DNA of 64,000 nucleotides, taken from Candidatus Alistipes avicola. Its GTDB lineage: Bacteria; Bacteroidota; Bacteroidia; Bacteroidales; Rikenellaceae. This document shows, piece after piece, positions 21,379 to 32,168 of this stretch; the stretch's first letter is position 1, and every line of letters starts with the position of its first letter. The notes beneath the pieces were generated by a model, which was given only the letters and a program-made list of their open reading frames with translations, was not told the DNA's origin and made no database searches. Position numbers and translations under genes: made by a program. The stretch spans positions 13,323-77,322 of the forward strand of contig DWYR01000012.1 in NCBI GenBank assembly GCA_019118565.1, written 5' to 3'.

Positions 21379-22068
21379 CTACCTTCTGGAGGAACGTTTC
21401 ACATCGAGCAACTCTATTTCGTAGAACAAAGTCGCATTGGATCTGATTCCCAACGACTCATCGCCCTCTTTCCCGTAGGCCAATCGTGCCGGAATCCAAA
21501 CATTGATCCTTCCTCCCTTTCCGATAAGCTTTACGCTCTGCTGCAAGCCAGGCATCAGATCACCGACAGCCATGCGAGTCGTATCTCCCCGGTCGTAGGA
21601 CGAGTCGACCACTTCGTCCGCTACGGTCCTTGCCGTATATCGGAACGAAACCGTATCTTGACTGTTGCGTGCAGTCTGCGATTCATCACCAACATCCAAT
21701 ACTTCATAGGTCAAGCCGGTATCCGTCTTGGCATACGTACGGTTATTCTGGCGGAAATCTTCCAAGAATTGGTCCTCATATGCCTGAATTTGCTCCGGCT
21801 GCGAAACATTTACATAGCGCAGATAGATGGCTTGTGCCTCTTCCGGAGTCATGCGCGTTGTCCCCTCGTAGACATCTTGAATTCCCTGGCATACCTCCTC
21901 TACATTGAGCGTCGAATCCATCCGCTGCAGATTATACCCGACGTTGAGTCCGATAACGTAAGCCACCGAATCGGTCTCTGCGGGGAGAGTCACATTTTTC
22001 CCTCCTCCCGAACACGACATTCCCGACAGCAGGAGTATCGCCAGAACGATCCAACCGTATCTTTTCAT
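21379..22068 (-). CDS. FKBP-type peptidyl-prolyl cis-trans isomerase, lipoprotein
   Basis: 229-aa ORF with a lipobox (LLSGMSCSGG) and an FKBP domain (VSFRYTARTV..., INVWIPARLAYG). Confidence 0.88.
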   Translation of the reverse strand: MKRYGWIVLAILLLSGMSCSGGGKNVTLPAETDSVAYVIGLNVGYNLQRMDSTLNVEEVCQGIQDVYEGTTRMTPEEAQAIYLRYVNVSQPEQIQAYEDQFLEDFRQNNRTYAKTDTGLTYEVLDVGDESQTARNSQDTVSFRYTARTVADEVVDSSYDRGDTTRMAVGDLMPGLQQSVKLIGKGGRINVWIPARLAYGKEGDESLGIRSNATLFYEIELLDVKRSSRR

Positions 22069-23447
22069 GACCGATTTTTCTTTTTGGAAAACAGAAGGAT
22101 CAACAGCGAACCCAACAGAGCCGATGCCAATGAACCGAACAGGATGGCTATTTTACCTCGACTGATCAGTTCCGGAGAAGAGAAGGCCAACGTATCGACA
22201 AAGATCGACATGGTGAACCCGATTCCACCCAAACAAGCTATGGCAAACAGCATTTTCCAAGTTGCGCCCTGCGGTTTTTCCGCCAGTTTCGTCTGGACGG
22301 CCAACCAACTCGACAGGAAAATTCCCAAAGGTTTTCCGATCAGCAAGCCAAAAAAGACACCCATTCCGATCGCTCCGGTTTCTGGTGTAGAGTGGAATAT
22401 CCGCAAATGTTCCACCGAATCGATTGTCACACCTGCGTTTGCCAATGCAAAAATAGGCATAATAAGGAAGGTTACATAGGGCGACAAGGCATGTTCAAGG
22501 CGATAGCTCACCCCGACCGACTTACTTGCCAACGAAGACATCGTTCGCAGATAATAGCGATGCTCCTCATTGGGAAAGTCGTCCGCCTGCGCCTCGGCAC
22601 TGAGCAGCGCCTCATTCAAGTTGGATATTTTATGGGCGAAATACTCCTTGCTGTAACGCGGTTTCATCGGGATGAACATGGCAATCACCACACCCGACAG
22701 CGTCGAGTGGATTCCCGAGTAGTAGAACAACGTCCAGACAATGATACCGGGAATCAAATAGAACATCAAACGGGTTTCACCCACCCGATTAAAGAAGTAG
22801 AGAAGACCGAGTATCAAAACGGCAATACCCAACAATATCAGATTGACCGACTCTCCGTAGAAAAGGGCGATCACCAAAATAGCACCCAAATCATCGGCCA
22901 CAGCCAATGCCGTCAAAAAGATCTTCAACGAAATAGGGACCTTGTCCCGGAACAGCGACAGGATACCGATTGCAAAGGCAATATCGGTAGCCATCGGAAT
23001 ACCCCAGCCACCAGCGGCAACCGTTCCCGCATTGAAAGAAGCATAGATCGCTGCCGGCACGATCATACCGCCCAAAGCGGCCAAAACCGGGAGGATAGCC
23101 TGTCGAACGGTCGACAGGTGCCCGTTTACGACCTCCCGCTTGATCTCCAATCCCACCAGGAAGAAGAAGACCACCATCAGGACATCGTTTACAAACGTCT
23201 GCACCGTCATTCCATGAGGGAACATCCAGTCGACATACCCTTCGCTCCGGATCAACAAAGCGACATCCACATTGAGCAGACGATGGTAAAAATCAGCGGT
23301 CCAAGAATTATTGGCCAAAAACATCGCCACAATGGCGCTAAGCATCAACATCAGACCTCCCGCCCAGGGCGACTCCAGGAAACGGCGTCCGTGCAACTGG
23401 AATTGGTAACGTTTCCGCACCCAGCGATACATGGAAAACAATCTCAT
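22065..23447 (-). CDS. nhaA: Na+/H+ antiporter NhaA
   Basis: 460-aa polytopic membrane ORF with NhaA-like motifs (FFFLVGLEIKRE, LTALAVADDLGAI). It has a 4-nt overlap with the downstream FKBP gene. Confidence 0.9.
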   Translation of the reverse strand: MRLFSMYRWVRKRYQFQLHGRRFLESPWAGGLMLMLSAIVAMFLANNSWTADFYHRLLNVDVALLIRSEGYVDWMFPHGMTVQTFVNDVLMVVFFFLVGLEIKREVVNGHLSTVRQAILPVLAALGGMIVPAAIYASFNAGTVAAGGWGIPMATDIAFAIGILSLFRDKVPISLKIFLTALAVADDLGAILVIALFYGESVNLILLGIAVLILGLLYFFNRVGETRLMFYLIPGIIVWTLFYYSGIHSTLSGVVIAMFIPMKPRYSKEYFAHKISNLNEALLSAEAQADDFPNEEHRYYLRTMSSLASKSVGVSYRLEHALSPYVTFLIMPIFALANAGVTIDSVEHLRIFHSTPETGAIGMGVFFGLLIGKPLGIFLSSWLAVQTKLAEKPQGATWKMLFAIACLGGIGFTMSIFVDTLAFSSPELISRGKIAILFGSLASALLGSLLILLFSKKKNRS

Positions 23448-23450
23448 CGT

Positions 23451-24497
23451 TTATTTATGTTTCGTATTAGTTCTCAAAGTCAAACCACACAATTTATAAA
23501 GGATACGCGCACCGACTACCGCATCGACCTTTTCCTCGGAACGCGGAACCACCTCAACCAGGTCGAACCCGACGATACGGCGGCCCGAATCGGCGACGCA
23601 CTCCAACAGGTAAACAACCTGCTCAAACGAAAGTCCTCCCGGGACCGGCGTTCCCGTATGCATACAATGCTCCAGGGCCAAACCATCGATATCGAAGCTG
23701 ACATAAACCATTTGTGGAAGTTCTTTCACAATGCGCCGACAACTTTCGGCCCAAGTCCCTCCTTCAAAGGCAGCTCTGGAAAGTGACCGGGAATCGAACT
23801 GTGAGATCCGCTCGTCGCGTACACCCATTTCGGCCTCGGCATCGCAATAGTCACGCACTCCGACCTGAACGAGTTTCCGAACCTGGGGGACATCCCGCAG
23901 GACATTGAACATGATCGAGGCGTGCGAAAAGTCGAACCCCTCGTATGTATCGCGTAAGTCACAATGAGCGTCGACATGCAGGATTCCGAACTCCGGAGTC
24001 TGCTCCCCGATCGCCTTAATCAAACCATAAGGGGTCGAATGGTCTCCTCCGACCAATCCTACAATCTTCCCTTGCGAAAGCCAATGCCGGGCCTGCCGAT
24101 AAATGTTCTCGTTCATCGCAGCACACCCTTCGTTCACCCGGCGCAATCGTCGCTCTGTTCTTTCATCCTCCAGGGTTCCACCCTCTTCCAGATTGCGGAT
24201 CACCTTTTCGGCATCGGTTCTCAAACGCTGCGACTCGTCCTGCAACGAATAGTCGATGTCTGCTGTGGCGATTCCTCTTTTCCAAGCTCCCGGAGCGGAA
24301 GGATCGTACAGGTCGAGCTGCGACGAAGCTTCGATGATGGCATCCGGGCCGTAAGCCGTCCCTGCTCCGTAAGATACGGTAACATCCCAAGGAGCTGAAA
24401 TCAGCACCAAATCAGCCTCTTCCGGTGTAAACGGGAGACCATAATAAGCTCCGTTATCCAACCCCACTCCATTCGGATCGAATGCTTTTAAATCCAT
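23451..24497 (-). CDS. Arginase-family hydrolase (agmatinase / formimidoylglutamase-like)
   Basis: 348-aa ORF with Mn-binding motifs GGDHS, DAHCDL and SFDIDGL. Confidence 0.85.
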   Translation of the reverse strand: MDLKAFDPNGVGLDNGAYYGLPFTPEEADLVLISAPWDVTVSYGAGTAYGPDAIIEASSQLDLYDPSAPGAWKRGIATADIDYSLQDESQRLRTDAEKVIRNLEEGGTLEDERTERRLRRVNEGCAAMNENIYRQARHWLSQGKIVGLVGGDHSTPYGLIKAIGEQTPEFGILHVDAHCDLRDTYEGFDFSHASIMFNVLRDVPQVRKLVQVGVRDYCDAEAEMGVRDERISQFDSRSLSRAAFEGGTWAESCRRIVKELPQMVYVSFDIDGLALEHCMHTGTPVPGGLSFEQVVYLLECVADSGRRIVGFDLVEVVPRSEEKVDAVVGARILYKLCGLTLRTNTKHK

Positions 24498-24830
24498 AAT
24501 GAAACGATTTTCTCAGAAAAAAAATCCAGTCGACATGCATGCATCGTGACATGGTCTTCCCTTCTCTTTCGGTCTACGACAACGCCAGGAAGGTAAGGTC
24601 GTGACACATACGTTCCCGTTTCGAAACTCGTTGATCCATATCCTATGCACTGCAAAGATAGGAAAAAAATATTTTTATCGCTCTCTTTGGCTCGGATAGA
24701 ATAGACTTGATCCGGATAAAAAGTTCAAGCGAATTGGGCTTTTCTCTTCTCTTTCCCTCCATGAAAAGAAGATGGGTTGCATCGCGGTAAAAAACCCATG
24801 TAAGCATGATTTTTTGCGTACGACTTTTTG

Positions 24831-24838
24831 TATCTTTG
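24831..24838 (+). promoter_or_regulatory. -7 box TATCTTTG for pdxB
   Basis: TAnnTTTG match about 39 nt upstream of the ATG at 24877. Confidence 0.5.
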
Positions 24839-24876
24839 TCGGGAAGAACAAAATTCGTACAACTCGAAACAAAGTC

Positions 24877-25881
24877 ATGCCTCCTTTGAAAATAATCGCA
24901 GACGAAGCCATACCTTTTCTGAAAGGCGTGCTCGAACCTTATGCCCGGATCGAATACAGACCCGGTCGGGATTTTTCCTCGACAGATATCCGTGATGCCG
25001 ATGTCCTGTTGATCCGCACCCGCACCCGCTGCAACCAACAGTTATTGAAAGGCAGCCCGGTACGAATGATCGTTACGGCTACTATCGGATTCGACCACAT
25101 CGACCTGGATTATTGCCAACAACAGGGGATTGAAGTCGTCACGGCTGCCGGCTGCAATGCCAGGGGCGTATTGCAATACATCGGTGCGACGTTGGCCCAT
25201 CTTTCCCGTCTGCAAGGGTGGACACCAAAAGATAAAACATTAGGGATCATCGGTGTAGGACACGTCGGCTCTCTCATTGACGAATATGCCCGCGCGTGGG
25301 GCTTCCGAGTTATTACCTGCGACCCGCCGCGACAACTGCGAGATCACGGCGATTTCCTTCCGCTCGAAGAGGTCGCCCGCCAGGCCGATATTCTCACATT
25401 CCACACCCCGCTGGATGAAACAACCCGCCATATGGTCGGCACATCTTTGTTGCGTCAAGTCAAATCCGGGACACTGATCATCAATGCCTCGCGCGGAGAG
25501 GTCGTCGATGAGGAGGCATTGCTTGCAAGCGGATTGCCGTATGTACTGGATGTCTGGGAACACGAACCCTATCTGAACCCCATCCTGCTCGATCGGGCAC
25601 TGCTCGCCACACCACACATAGCCGGTTACTCCATGCAAGGCAAAGCCAACGCGACGGCCATGAGCGTACAGGCCATAAGCCGACGATTCGGCTTGCCGAC
25701 AAGCAACTGGTATCCCCCGCACATCACCCCATCGCAGCCTCGCGCGATCGACTGGCAGCAACTTTGCGACACGATTGAATCCCATTTCGACATCGAGGCC
25801 GAAAGCCGGTTCCTGAAAAAACATCCCGAAATGTTCGAAGCAATCCGAAACGGGTATCGCTACAGGGAAGAGTATTTTTAA
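24877..25881 (+). CDS. pdxB: 4-phosphoerythronate dehydrogenase
   Basis: The ORF was trimmed to MPPLKIIADEAIPFL.... It belongs to the D-2-hydroxyacid dehydrogenase family, with NAD motif GIIGVGHVG and a PdxB-like C-terminus. Confidence 0.85.
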   Translation: MPPLKIIADEAIPFLKGVLEPYARIEYRPGRDFSSTDIRDADVLLIRTRTRCNQQLLKGSPVRMIVTATIGFDHIDLDYCQQQGIEVVTAAGCNARGVLQYIGATLAHLSRLQGWTPKDKTLGIIGVGHVGSLIDEYARAWGFRVITCDPPRQLRDHGDFLPLEEVARQADILTFHTPLDETTRHMVGTSLLRQVKSGTLIINASRGEVVDEEALLASGLPYVLDVWEHEPYLNPILLDRALLATPHIAGYSMQGKANATAMSVQAISRRFGLPTSNWYPPHITPSQPRAIDWQQLCDTIESHFDIEAESRFLKKHPEMFEAIRNGYRYREEYF

Positions 25882-25936
25882 AACAAGTTCACATTCTTTT
25901 TCTTACCTTTGCAGTCGAATTCCAAACCAAACCGTC

Positions 25937-27013
25937 ATGTATCGCCGACTGATCAAGCCCATCCTGTTCGCCATGAACATCGAACGCGCCCACAGCGTCG
26001 TATTGTGGCTGTTGCGCGTAATCGGGAAGATTCCGGGCGGTAGATGGCTGTTGCGTCGCAACTATTGCATAGAACATCCTTCGCTCGAACGAGAGGTTTT
26101 CGGATTGAAATTCCGCAACCCGATCGGGATCGCCGCCGGATTCGACCGCAACGCAGAGGTCTTCCGTGAAATGTGCGACCTGGGATTCGGCTTCGTCGAA
26201 GTGGGGACCATCACGCCTCTACCCCAACCGGGGCTTCCCAGGCCGAGAATTTTCAGATTACCCAAAGACCATGCAATCATCAATCGGACCGGATTGAGCA
26301 ATAAAGGGTTAAACCGGGTCGTCGCCCAACTTCGCCACCGTCACGATCGACTCATCATCGGTGCCAACATCGGTAAGAACGCCCTGACCCATCCGGGGCA
26401 GGTTCCGGCCGACTACCTGCGCCTGTTCCGCAGTCTTTATCAATACGTCGACTATTTCACCATCAACGTCTGCTGCGACAACTGCATGGAGGTGGACGTA
26501 TCGCAGGACACCTCGCACCTGATGAAAATTCTGACCCCGCTTTTCGATTTCCGACGGGGACAAAACCAATATCGTCCGATTTTGATCAAAATATCGCCAG
26601 ACTTAAGCGATGAAAGAATCGACGAGATTACAGATCTCATGCAGGCTACCCCTCTGGACGGGATTGTCGCCGTGAACGGCACTTTTACACACACAGGCCT
26701 CAAAACCAGCGAGGAGGCACTCGAAGAGATCGGGAACGGACGTCTGAGCGGAGCTCCGTTGACCCGACGGGCAATCGAAGTGGTCAAACGCATCCACGAC
26801 CGGTCGCAAGGCAACTACCCGATCATCGGCGTAGGCGGATTAATGACTCCCGACGACGTAAAAAACATGCTCGCAGCTGGAGCAAGCCTCGTTCAACTTT
26901 ACACCGGATATATCTACGAAGGACCTGGACTGGTAAAACGCGTCTGCGAATCCTTGATCGAAGAGGAGAAGCACACCCCCTCGACTCGTCACACTTCGGG
27001 AGTGTCCGAATAA
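25937..27013 (+). CDS. pyrD: Dihydroorotate dehydrogenase (quinone), class 2
   Basis: 358-aa ORF with an N-terminal membrane-associated extension and motifs GFDRNAE, GFVEVGTITP, NRTGLSN and GGLMTPDD. Confidence 0.9.
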   Translation: MYRRLIKPILFAMNIERAHSVVLWLLRVIGKIPGGRWLLRRNYCIEHPSLEREVFGLKFRNPIGIAAGFDRNAEVFREMCDLGFGFVEVGTITPLPQPGLPRPRIFRLPKDHAIINRTGLSNKGLNRVVAQLRHRHDRLIIGANIGKNALTHPGQVPADYLRLFRSLYQYVDYFTINVCCDNCMEVDVSQDTSHLMKILTPLFDFRRGQNQYRPILIKISPDLSDERIDEITDLMQATPLDGIVAVNGTFTHTGLKTSEEALEEIGNGRLSGAPLTRRAIEVVKRIHDRSQGNYPIIGVGGLMTPDDVKNMLAAGASLVQLYTGYIYEGPGLVKRVCESLIEEEKHTPSTRHTSGVSE

Positions 27014-27029
27014 ATCCATATCACATAGC

Positions 27030-28280
27030 ATGAAAGCATCCATTATAACGATCGGAGATGAAATTCTGATCGGTCAAATCGTGGATACCAATTCGGTATC
27101 GATTGCCCGCCATCTGAATTCGGCGGGTATTGTCGTACGAGAGCGCACCTCGGTCGGAGACAACCGTCAGCAGATCGTCGATGCCGTACAGGGAGCCCTG
27201 CGGCAGTGCGAGATCGTGATCCTCACCGGAGGTCTGGGTCCCACCAAAGACGACATCACGAAAAAGACGCTGGCCGAACTTTTCGGCGGGAAGCTGGTTC
27301 GGGACGAAGCCGTAGCCGCACACGTGCAGAAGATGCTGGAGGCCCGCGGCATCACATTCAACCAACTGAATCAGGATCAGGCGCTCGTTCCGGACAACTG
27401 CACCGTGCTGTTCAACCATCACGGCACGGCTCCGGGCATGTGGTTCGAACAGGAGAACAAGGTAGTTGTCTCCCTGCCCGGCGTTCCGTTCGAAATGGAG
27501 CATCTGATGGAAGACGAGGTTATGCCCCGTCTGAAAAAACGCTTCGCCCTGCGGCAGATTGTCCACCGGACGCTTATTACCGCCGGTCTGGCCGAATCGA
27601 TGCTGGCCGAGAAGATCGCGGCATGGGAAGATGCCCTTCCCTCTTACCTGCACCTGGCCTATCTGCCTTCGGCAGGAGTTGTCCGGCTGCGCCTCTCCGC
27701 CTACGAAGTAGAGGGTGAAAGCGTATCGCAGGAGATCGACCGCCAGTTCGCCACCCTGCAAAAGATCATCCCACGCTATGTCCTGGGATTCGAGAAGGCC
27801 TCCATGCAGCAGATCGTACACGATTTGCTCACGCAACACCACAAGACACTGGCGGTTGCCGAGAGTTGTACGGGCGGAGCCATTGCCTCCCGGTTCACAG
27901 CCATCCCCGGAGCCTCGCAATACTTCCTGTGCAGCGTAACGGCATACAGCAACGAAGCGAAAAGCAATATTCTGGGGGTAGATCCGGCCGTGATCGAGCG
28001 TTACGGAGCCGTCAGCGAAGAGGTGGCACGACAGATGGCCGAAGGGGTCCGCCGCATCGGAGGCAGCGACTACGCCGTCGCCACAACCGGCATCGCAGGC
28101 CCGAGCGGAGGATCGGCCGAGAAACTGGTCGGAACGGTATGGATGGCCGTGGCAGGTCCGCAACGGACAACAACCCTGCTCAAGCAGTGCGGGACGGATC
28201 GGGGACAGATCATCGACCGTGCCAGCGCCTACGCCATCGCCCTCGTGCGGGATGAGATCGAGCGGGATCTTGAGAAATAG
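27030..28280 (+). CDS. cinA: CinA-family protein (MoCF-binding domain plus nicotinamide-nucleotide amidohydrolase PncC domain)
   Basis: 416-aa ORF: MKASIITIGDEILIGQIVDTN..., with C-terminal AVAESCTGG. Confidence 0.9.
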   Translation: MKASIITIGDEILIGQIVDTNSVSIARHLNSAGIVVRERTSVGDNRQQIVDAVQGALRQCEIVILTGGLGPTKDDITKKTLAELFGGKLVRDEAVAAHVQKMLEARGITFNQLNQDQALVPDNCTVLFNHHGTAPGMWFEQENKVVVSLPGVPFEMEHLMEDEVMPRLKKRFALRQIVHRTLITAGLAESMLAEKIAAWEDALPSYLHLAYLPSAGVVRLRLSAYEVEGESVSQEIDRQFATLQKIIPRYVLGFEKASMQQIVHDLLTQHHKTLAVAESCTGGAIASRFTAIPGASQYFLCSVTAYSNEAKSNILGVDPAVIERYGAVSEEVARQMAEGVRRIGGSDYAVATTGIAGPSGGSAEKLVGTVWMAVAGPQRTTTLLKQCGTDRGQIIDRASAYAIALVRDEIERDLEK

Positions 28281-28375
28281 GAGGAAAAACACCTGCAAAA
28301 ACAATTAAAAGCCCCCGAAGGGGTTGTCCCCGATGGAAAAAGCGTCTGCGTTTTTGCATTTTGCCTAAAAGGTTG

Positions 28376-28383
28376 TATATTTG
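28376..28383 (+). promoter_or_regulatory. -7 box TATATTTG for rpmB-rpmG-DUF4295
   Basis: Perfect TAnnTTTG match about 40 nt upstream of the rpmB ATG. Confidence 0.55.
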
Positions 28384-28423
28384 CACTCCCCAAAACGGGT
28401 TTTAATTAAAAAAAGTAACCATA

Positions 28424-28657
28424 ATGAAAGTTTGCGAAATCACAGGTAAGACTGCAGTGACGGGCAACAATGTCTCTCACTCGCATCACAAGACCAAACG
28501 CAAGTTCAATCCGAATCTGAAGAACAAACGCTTCTGGTCTGAAGAGGAAGGTCGCTGGATCACTCTCCGTGTAACGACGGCCGGTATCAAAACAATCAAC
28601 AAGAAAGGACTTGCAGTAGCTCTCCGCGAGGCTGCCGCACCGAAGAAGGTTTACTAA
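28424..28657 (+). CDS. rpmB: 50S ribosomal protein L28
   Basis: 77-aa ORF: MKVCEITGKTAVTGNNVSHSHHKTKRKFNPNL. Confidence 0.95.
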   Translation: MKVCEITGKTAVTGNNVSHSHHKTKRKFNPNLKNKRFWSEEEGRWITLRVTTAGIKTINKKGLAVALREAAAPKKVY

Positions 28658-28672
28658 AACGAGACGTAACAA

Positions 28673-28855
28673 ATGGCAAAGAAAGGTAACAGAGTGCAGG
28701 TAATCCTCGAGTGCACGGAACAGAAAGCAAGCGGTGTTCCGGGAATGTCCCGCTACATCACTACGAAAAACAAGAAGAACACCCCCGATCGTCTGGAGCG
28801 CAAGAAGTACAATCCGTTCCTGAAGAAGGTGACCATCCATCGTGAAATTAAATAA
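28673..28855 (+). CDS. rpmG: 50S ribosomal protein L33
   Basis: 60-aa ORF: [16 protein letters not shown]...[21 protein letters not shown]. Confidence 0.95.
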   Translation: MAKKGNRVQVILECTEQKASGVPGMSRYITTKNKKNTPDRLERKKYNPFLKKVTIHREIK

Positions 28856-28867
28856 TTTTAGTGCTAT

Positions 28868-29026
28868 ATGGCAAAGAAAGTAGTCGCAACACTGAAAACC
28901 GGTATCGGCAAACAGTTCACCAAATGCATCAAGATGGTGAAATCCGAGAAGACCGGCGCATACACTTTCAAAGAGAGCATCGTTCCCAACGACCTGGTGA
29001 AGGATTTTTTCGCTGATAAGAAGTAG
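28868..29026 (+). CDS. DUF4295-like small basic protein (52 aa)
   Basis: Hand-translated as MAKKVVATLKTGIGKQFTKCIKMVKSEKTGAYTFKESIVPNDLVKDFFADKK. It sits in the conserved position after rpmB-rpmG in Bacteroidetes. It is below the length cutoff of the ORF track. Confidence 0.75.
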   Translation: MAKKVVATLKTGIGKQFTKCIKMVKSEKTGAYTFKESIVPNDLVKDFFADKK

Positions 29027-29059
29027 TCATGCATTGCATTAGGCGGCAATCCGCTTAAT

Positions 29060-29096
29060 ACAAAGGGCGTCCATGAAGGGCGCCCTTTGTGTTTGC
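29060..29096 (+). terminator. Probable terminator after the rpmB operon
   Basis: ACAAAGGGCG-11 nt-CGCCCTTTGT forms a 10-bp stem followed by GTGTTTG, which is a weak U-tract. Confidence 0.5.
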
Positions 29097-29286
29097 ATGC
29101 AGTACCCCCGCCTTACTCGCGCATATCCGGCTCTTTTTATCGATAGGGCCCGCACTTAAACCGTTTATTTTCGTATCTTTGCCCCATAGGAAGCCAACCC
29201 TCCGGACAAAGACGATCCCATACGAGGTCGCCGTCCTGCGGCTTTCGCTGTTTTACTATCGCTAACACCTATACGCTTCATTTATC

Positions 29287-30375
29287 ATGGGATTTTTCGA
29301 CCTTTTCAAGAAAAAACAGAATACGCAGCCGACTGTTTCCGAACAACCGGCACAAACGAATGATTCGGAGCAGCGCCCTGCTTCCGCCGACAACACCTCG
29401 AATGCTCAGGAATCGGCGCAGAATCGTCAAGAGGAGCAAAAACGCCAGGAGGAGTTGAACTCCGGACTGGAGAAGACCAAAACGGGTCTCTTCTCGAAAC
29501 TGGCCCGCGCCGTAGCAGGCCGCTCGACCATAGACGTTGAAGTTCTCGACGATCTGGAGGAAGTGCTCATCACCTCGGATGTAGGTGTCGAGACAACCGT
29601 CAAGATCATCGAGCGCATTGAGGCGCGCGTTGCCCGTGACAAGTACATGAATGCCTCGGAGCTGCAATCGATCCTGCGGGACGAAATCTCGAAACTGCTG
29701 GAAGAGTCCCACCGTTCGACCGAGAACTTCGGACTCGATGTCGAAGAGGGTGTGCCCTATGTCATCATGGTTGTCGGTGTAAACGGAGCCGGCAAGACCA
29801 CCACGATCGGCAAACTGGCCGCCCAACTGACCCGCATCGGACTGAAGGTCTATATCGGAGCCGCCGATACATTCCGCGCGGCCGCCATCGACCAGCTGGC
29901 CGTTTGGGCCGAGCGGGCCGGTGCCACGATGATCCGCCAGGAGATGGGTTCCGATCCCGCTTCGGTTGCTTACGATACGCTCAAATCGGCTGTCGCGAAC
30001 AAAGCGGATGTCGTTCTGATCGACACGGCCGGCCGTCTGCACAACAAAGTGGGTCTGATGAACGAGTTGACCAAAATCCGCAACGTCATGGGCAAGGTGA
30101 TCCCCAACGCCCCGCAGGAGGTAATGCTCGTGCTGGACGGTTCGACCGGACAAAACGCCTTCGAACAGGCCAAACAGTTTACGCAGGCGACGAAGGTTAC
30201 CTCGCTTACGATCACCAAACTCGACGGCACGGCCAAGGGCGGCGTGGTGATCGGCATCAGCGACCAGTTCCGGATTCCGGTCCGTTATATCGGCATCGGA
30301 GAGGGTATCGACCAGTTGCGGATGTTCGACCGCAAGGAGTTTGTCAATGCCCTGTTCGGGGATTCGAAGAAATAG
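29287..30375 (+). CDS. ftsY: Signal recognition particle receptor FtsY
   Basis: 362-aa ORF with an acidic, low-complexity N-terminus followed by an NG domain ([31 protein letters not shown]). Confidence 0.95.
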   Translation: MGFFDLFKKKQNTQPTVSEQPAQTNDSEQRPASADNTSNAQESAQNRQEEQKRQEELNSGLEKTKTGLFSKLARAVAGRSTIDVEVLDDLEEVLITSDVGVETTVKIIERIEARVARDKYMNASELQSILRDEISKLLEESHRSTENFGLDVEEGVPYVIMVVGVNGAGKTTTIGKLAAQLTRIGLKVYIGAADTFRAAAIDQLAVWAERAGATMIRQEMGSDPASVAYDTLKSAVANKADVVLIDTAGRLHNKVGLMNELTKIRNVMGKVIPNAPQEVMLVLDGSTGQNAFEQAKQFTQATKVTSLTITKLDGTAKGGVVIGISDQFRIPVRYIGIGEGIDQLRMFDRKEFVNALFGDSKK

Positions 30376-30408
30376 AAGAGATCAACACCCAAAAGCCTCT
30401 TCTTAGTC

Positions 30409-31707
30409 ATGAAAAAGATTAACGTCATAACCCTCGGCTGTTCTAAGAATACGGTCGACTCGGAACACCTGATGGCTCAACTTGCTGCCGCAGGCTATAC
30501 GCTCACGCACGACAGCGACCGTACGGATGCCAAGATCGTGGTGATCAACACCTGCGGATTCATCGGCGATGCCAAGCAGGAGTCGATCGACATGATCCTG
30601 CGGGCGGCTGCCGCCAAACAGGCCGGTAAGATCGAGCGGCTCTTCGTGGTAGGCTGCCTGAGCCAACGCTATGCCGAGGAGTTGCGGGCCGAATTGCCCG
30701 AAGTAGATGAATTCTTCGGTGTGAATGACTGGGACGATATCGTCCGCGTACTTCAAGGGACTCCCGATCCGGCTCTCGCGACGGAACGCCAACTCACGAC
30801 TCCGAAACATTATGCCTATCTGAAAATTGGAGAAGGTTGCAACTGGAAGTGCGGCTACTGCGCAATCCCGCTGATCCGGGGTTCACACGTTTCGGTCCCG
30901 ATGGAGACCCTACTGGAGGAGGCCGAGAAGTTGGCAGCCCGGGGTGTCCGCGAACTGATCGTCATCGCACAGGACACGACCTACTATGGACTCGACCTCT
31001 ACGGACGCAGACGACTGGCCGAACTGCTCGAAGCCTTGTGCCGGATCGACGGTATCCGTTGGATCCGACTCCACTACGCCTATCCGACGGCTTTCCCGGA
31101 CGACGTGATTGAGGTGATGGCACGCGAACCCAAGATCTGCAAATACCTCGACATCCCCTTCCAACACATCTCCGACAACCAGTTGAAAGCCATGCAGCGC
31201 CGTCATACGAAAGCCGATGCCTATGCACTCATTGCCAAGTTGCGCAAGGCTATTCCCGATCTGGCCCTGCGCACAACCCTGCTGGTTGGTTATCCGGGTG
31301 AAACGGAGGCCGACTTCGAGGAGTTGCTGGAGTTCGTCCGCACGGTCCGGTTCGACCGCCTCGGTGTTTTTCCCTATTCGGAAGAGGAGGGGACCTATTC
31401 GGCCCAAAACCTGACCGACGATGTTCCCGAGGCTGTCAAACAGGAGCGGGTTGATCGCATCATGGCCCTGCAACAGAAAATCTCGCTCGAGAATAACCGC
31501 CGACGCATCGGCTCGACCGTACAGGTCATCATCGACTCGAAGCAGGGAGACTATTACGTCGGACGTTCGCAGTACGACTCACCGGAAGTTGATCAGGAGA
31601 TCCTGATCCGTCCCGATAACAAACGTCTTATCCGAGGTTGTTTCTATCGGGTAAGAATCAAGGAGGCAGAAGATTACGATTTGTACGGCGAACTACTGAC
31701 AAAATAA
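30409..31707 (+). CDS. rimO: Ribosomal protein S12 methylthiotransferase RimO
   Basis: 432-aa ORF with an MTTase N-domain (LGCSKN), the radical SAM motif CNWKCGYCAIP, and a C-terminal TRAM domain. Confidence 0.9.
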   Translation: MKKINVITLGCSKNTVDSEHLMAQLAAAGYTLTHDSDRTDAKIVVINTCGFIGDAKQESIDMILRAAAAKQAGKIERLFVVGCLSQRYAEELRAELPEVDEFFGVNDWDDIVRVLQGTPDPALATERQLTTPKHYAYLKIGEGCNWKCGYCAIPLIRGSHVSVPMETLLEEAEKLAARGVRELIVIAQDTTYYGLDLYGRRRLAELLEALCRIDGIRWIRLHYAYPTAFPDDVIEVMAREPKICKYLDIPFQHISDNQLKAMQRRHTKADAYALIAKLRKAIPDLALRTTLLVGYPGETEADFEELLEFVRTVRFDRLGVFPYSEEEGTYSAQNLTDDVPEAVKQERVDRIMALQQKISLENNRRRIGSTVQVIIDSKQGDYYVGRSQYDSPEVDQEILIRPDNKRLIRGCFYRVRIKEAEDYDLYGELLTK

Positions 31708-31774
31708 AATTTTGATATTTGACGATTTTTATCTACCTTTGAGAAGGTAAAAAGCGTTTCCGGGACAGTAAGAA

Positions 31775-32095
31775 ATGGCAGAGAAAAAGGTCATAAGCGA
31801 TCTCGAGGCACGGATTCGGCAGTTGATGGCCGACCATCAGAAACTCACGGATCTCTGCGCCCAGACGGCAGCAGAGCGTGATACGCTCCGTAAGGAGAAT
31901 CGAGAGTTGCAGCAACAGGTGAAAAAGCTCGACAAGGAGCTGGCCACCGCACAACTCGGCCAGGGATTAAGCGGAAATGCCGCCAACCAAACCAAAGCGA
32001 TTGCACGCGTCAACCGTCTGATGCGGGAGGTGGACCGATGCATCGCACTACTCGATAAACCGGAACGGATCTCGGAAGATCTGCAGGCCGAGTAG
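31775..32095 (+). CDS. Coiled-coil protein of unknown function (ZapB-like position upstream of zapA)
   Basis: 106-aa ORF with heptad-rich sequence (LEARIRQLMADHQKLTDL...RELQQQVKKLDKEL). Confidence 0.6.
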   Translation: MAEKKVISDLEARIRQLMADHQKLTDLCAQTAAERDTLRKENRELQQQVKKLDKELATAQLGQGLSGNAANQTKAIARVNRLMREVDRCIALLDKPERISEDLQAE

Positions 32096-32168
32096 CAAAG
32101 AACAGATACGACGACCGAATATATTTCAACCGTGTACGGGGAATCCCGACCGGAAGTAAGGTAACGAC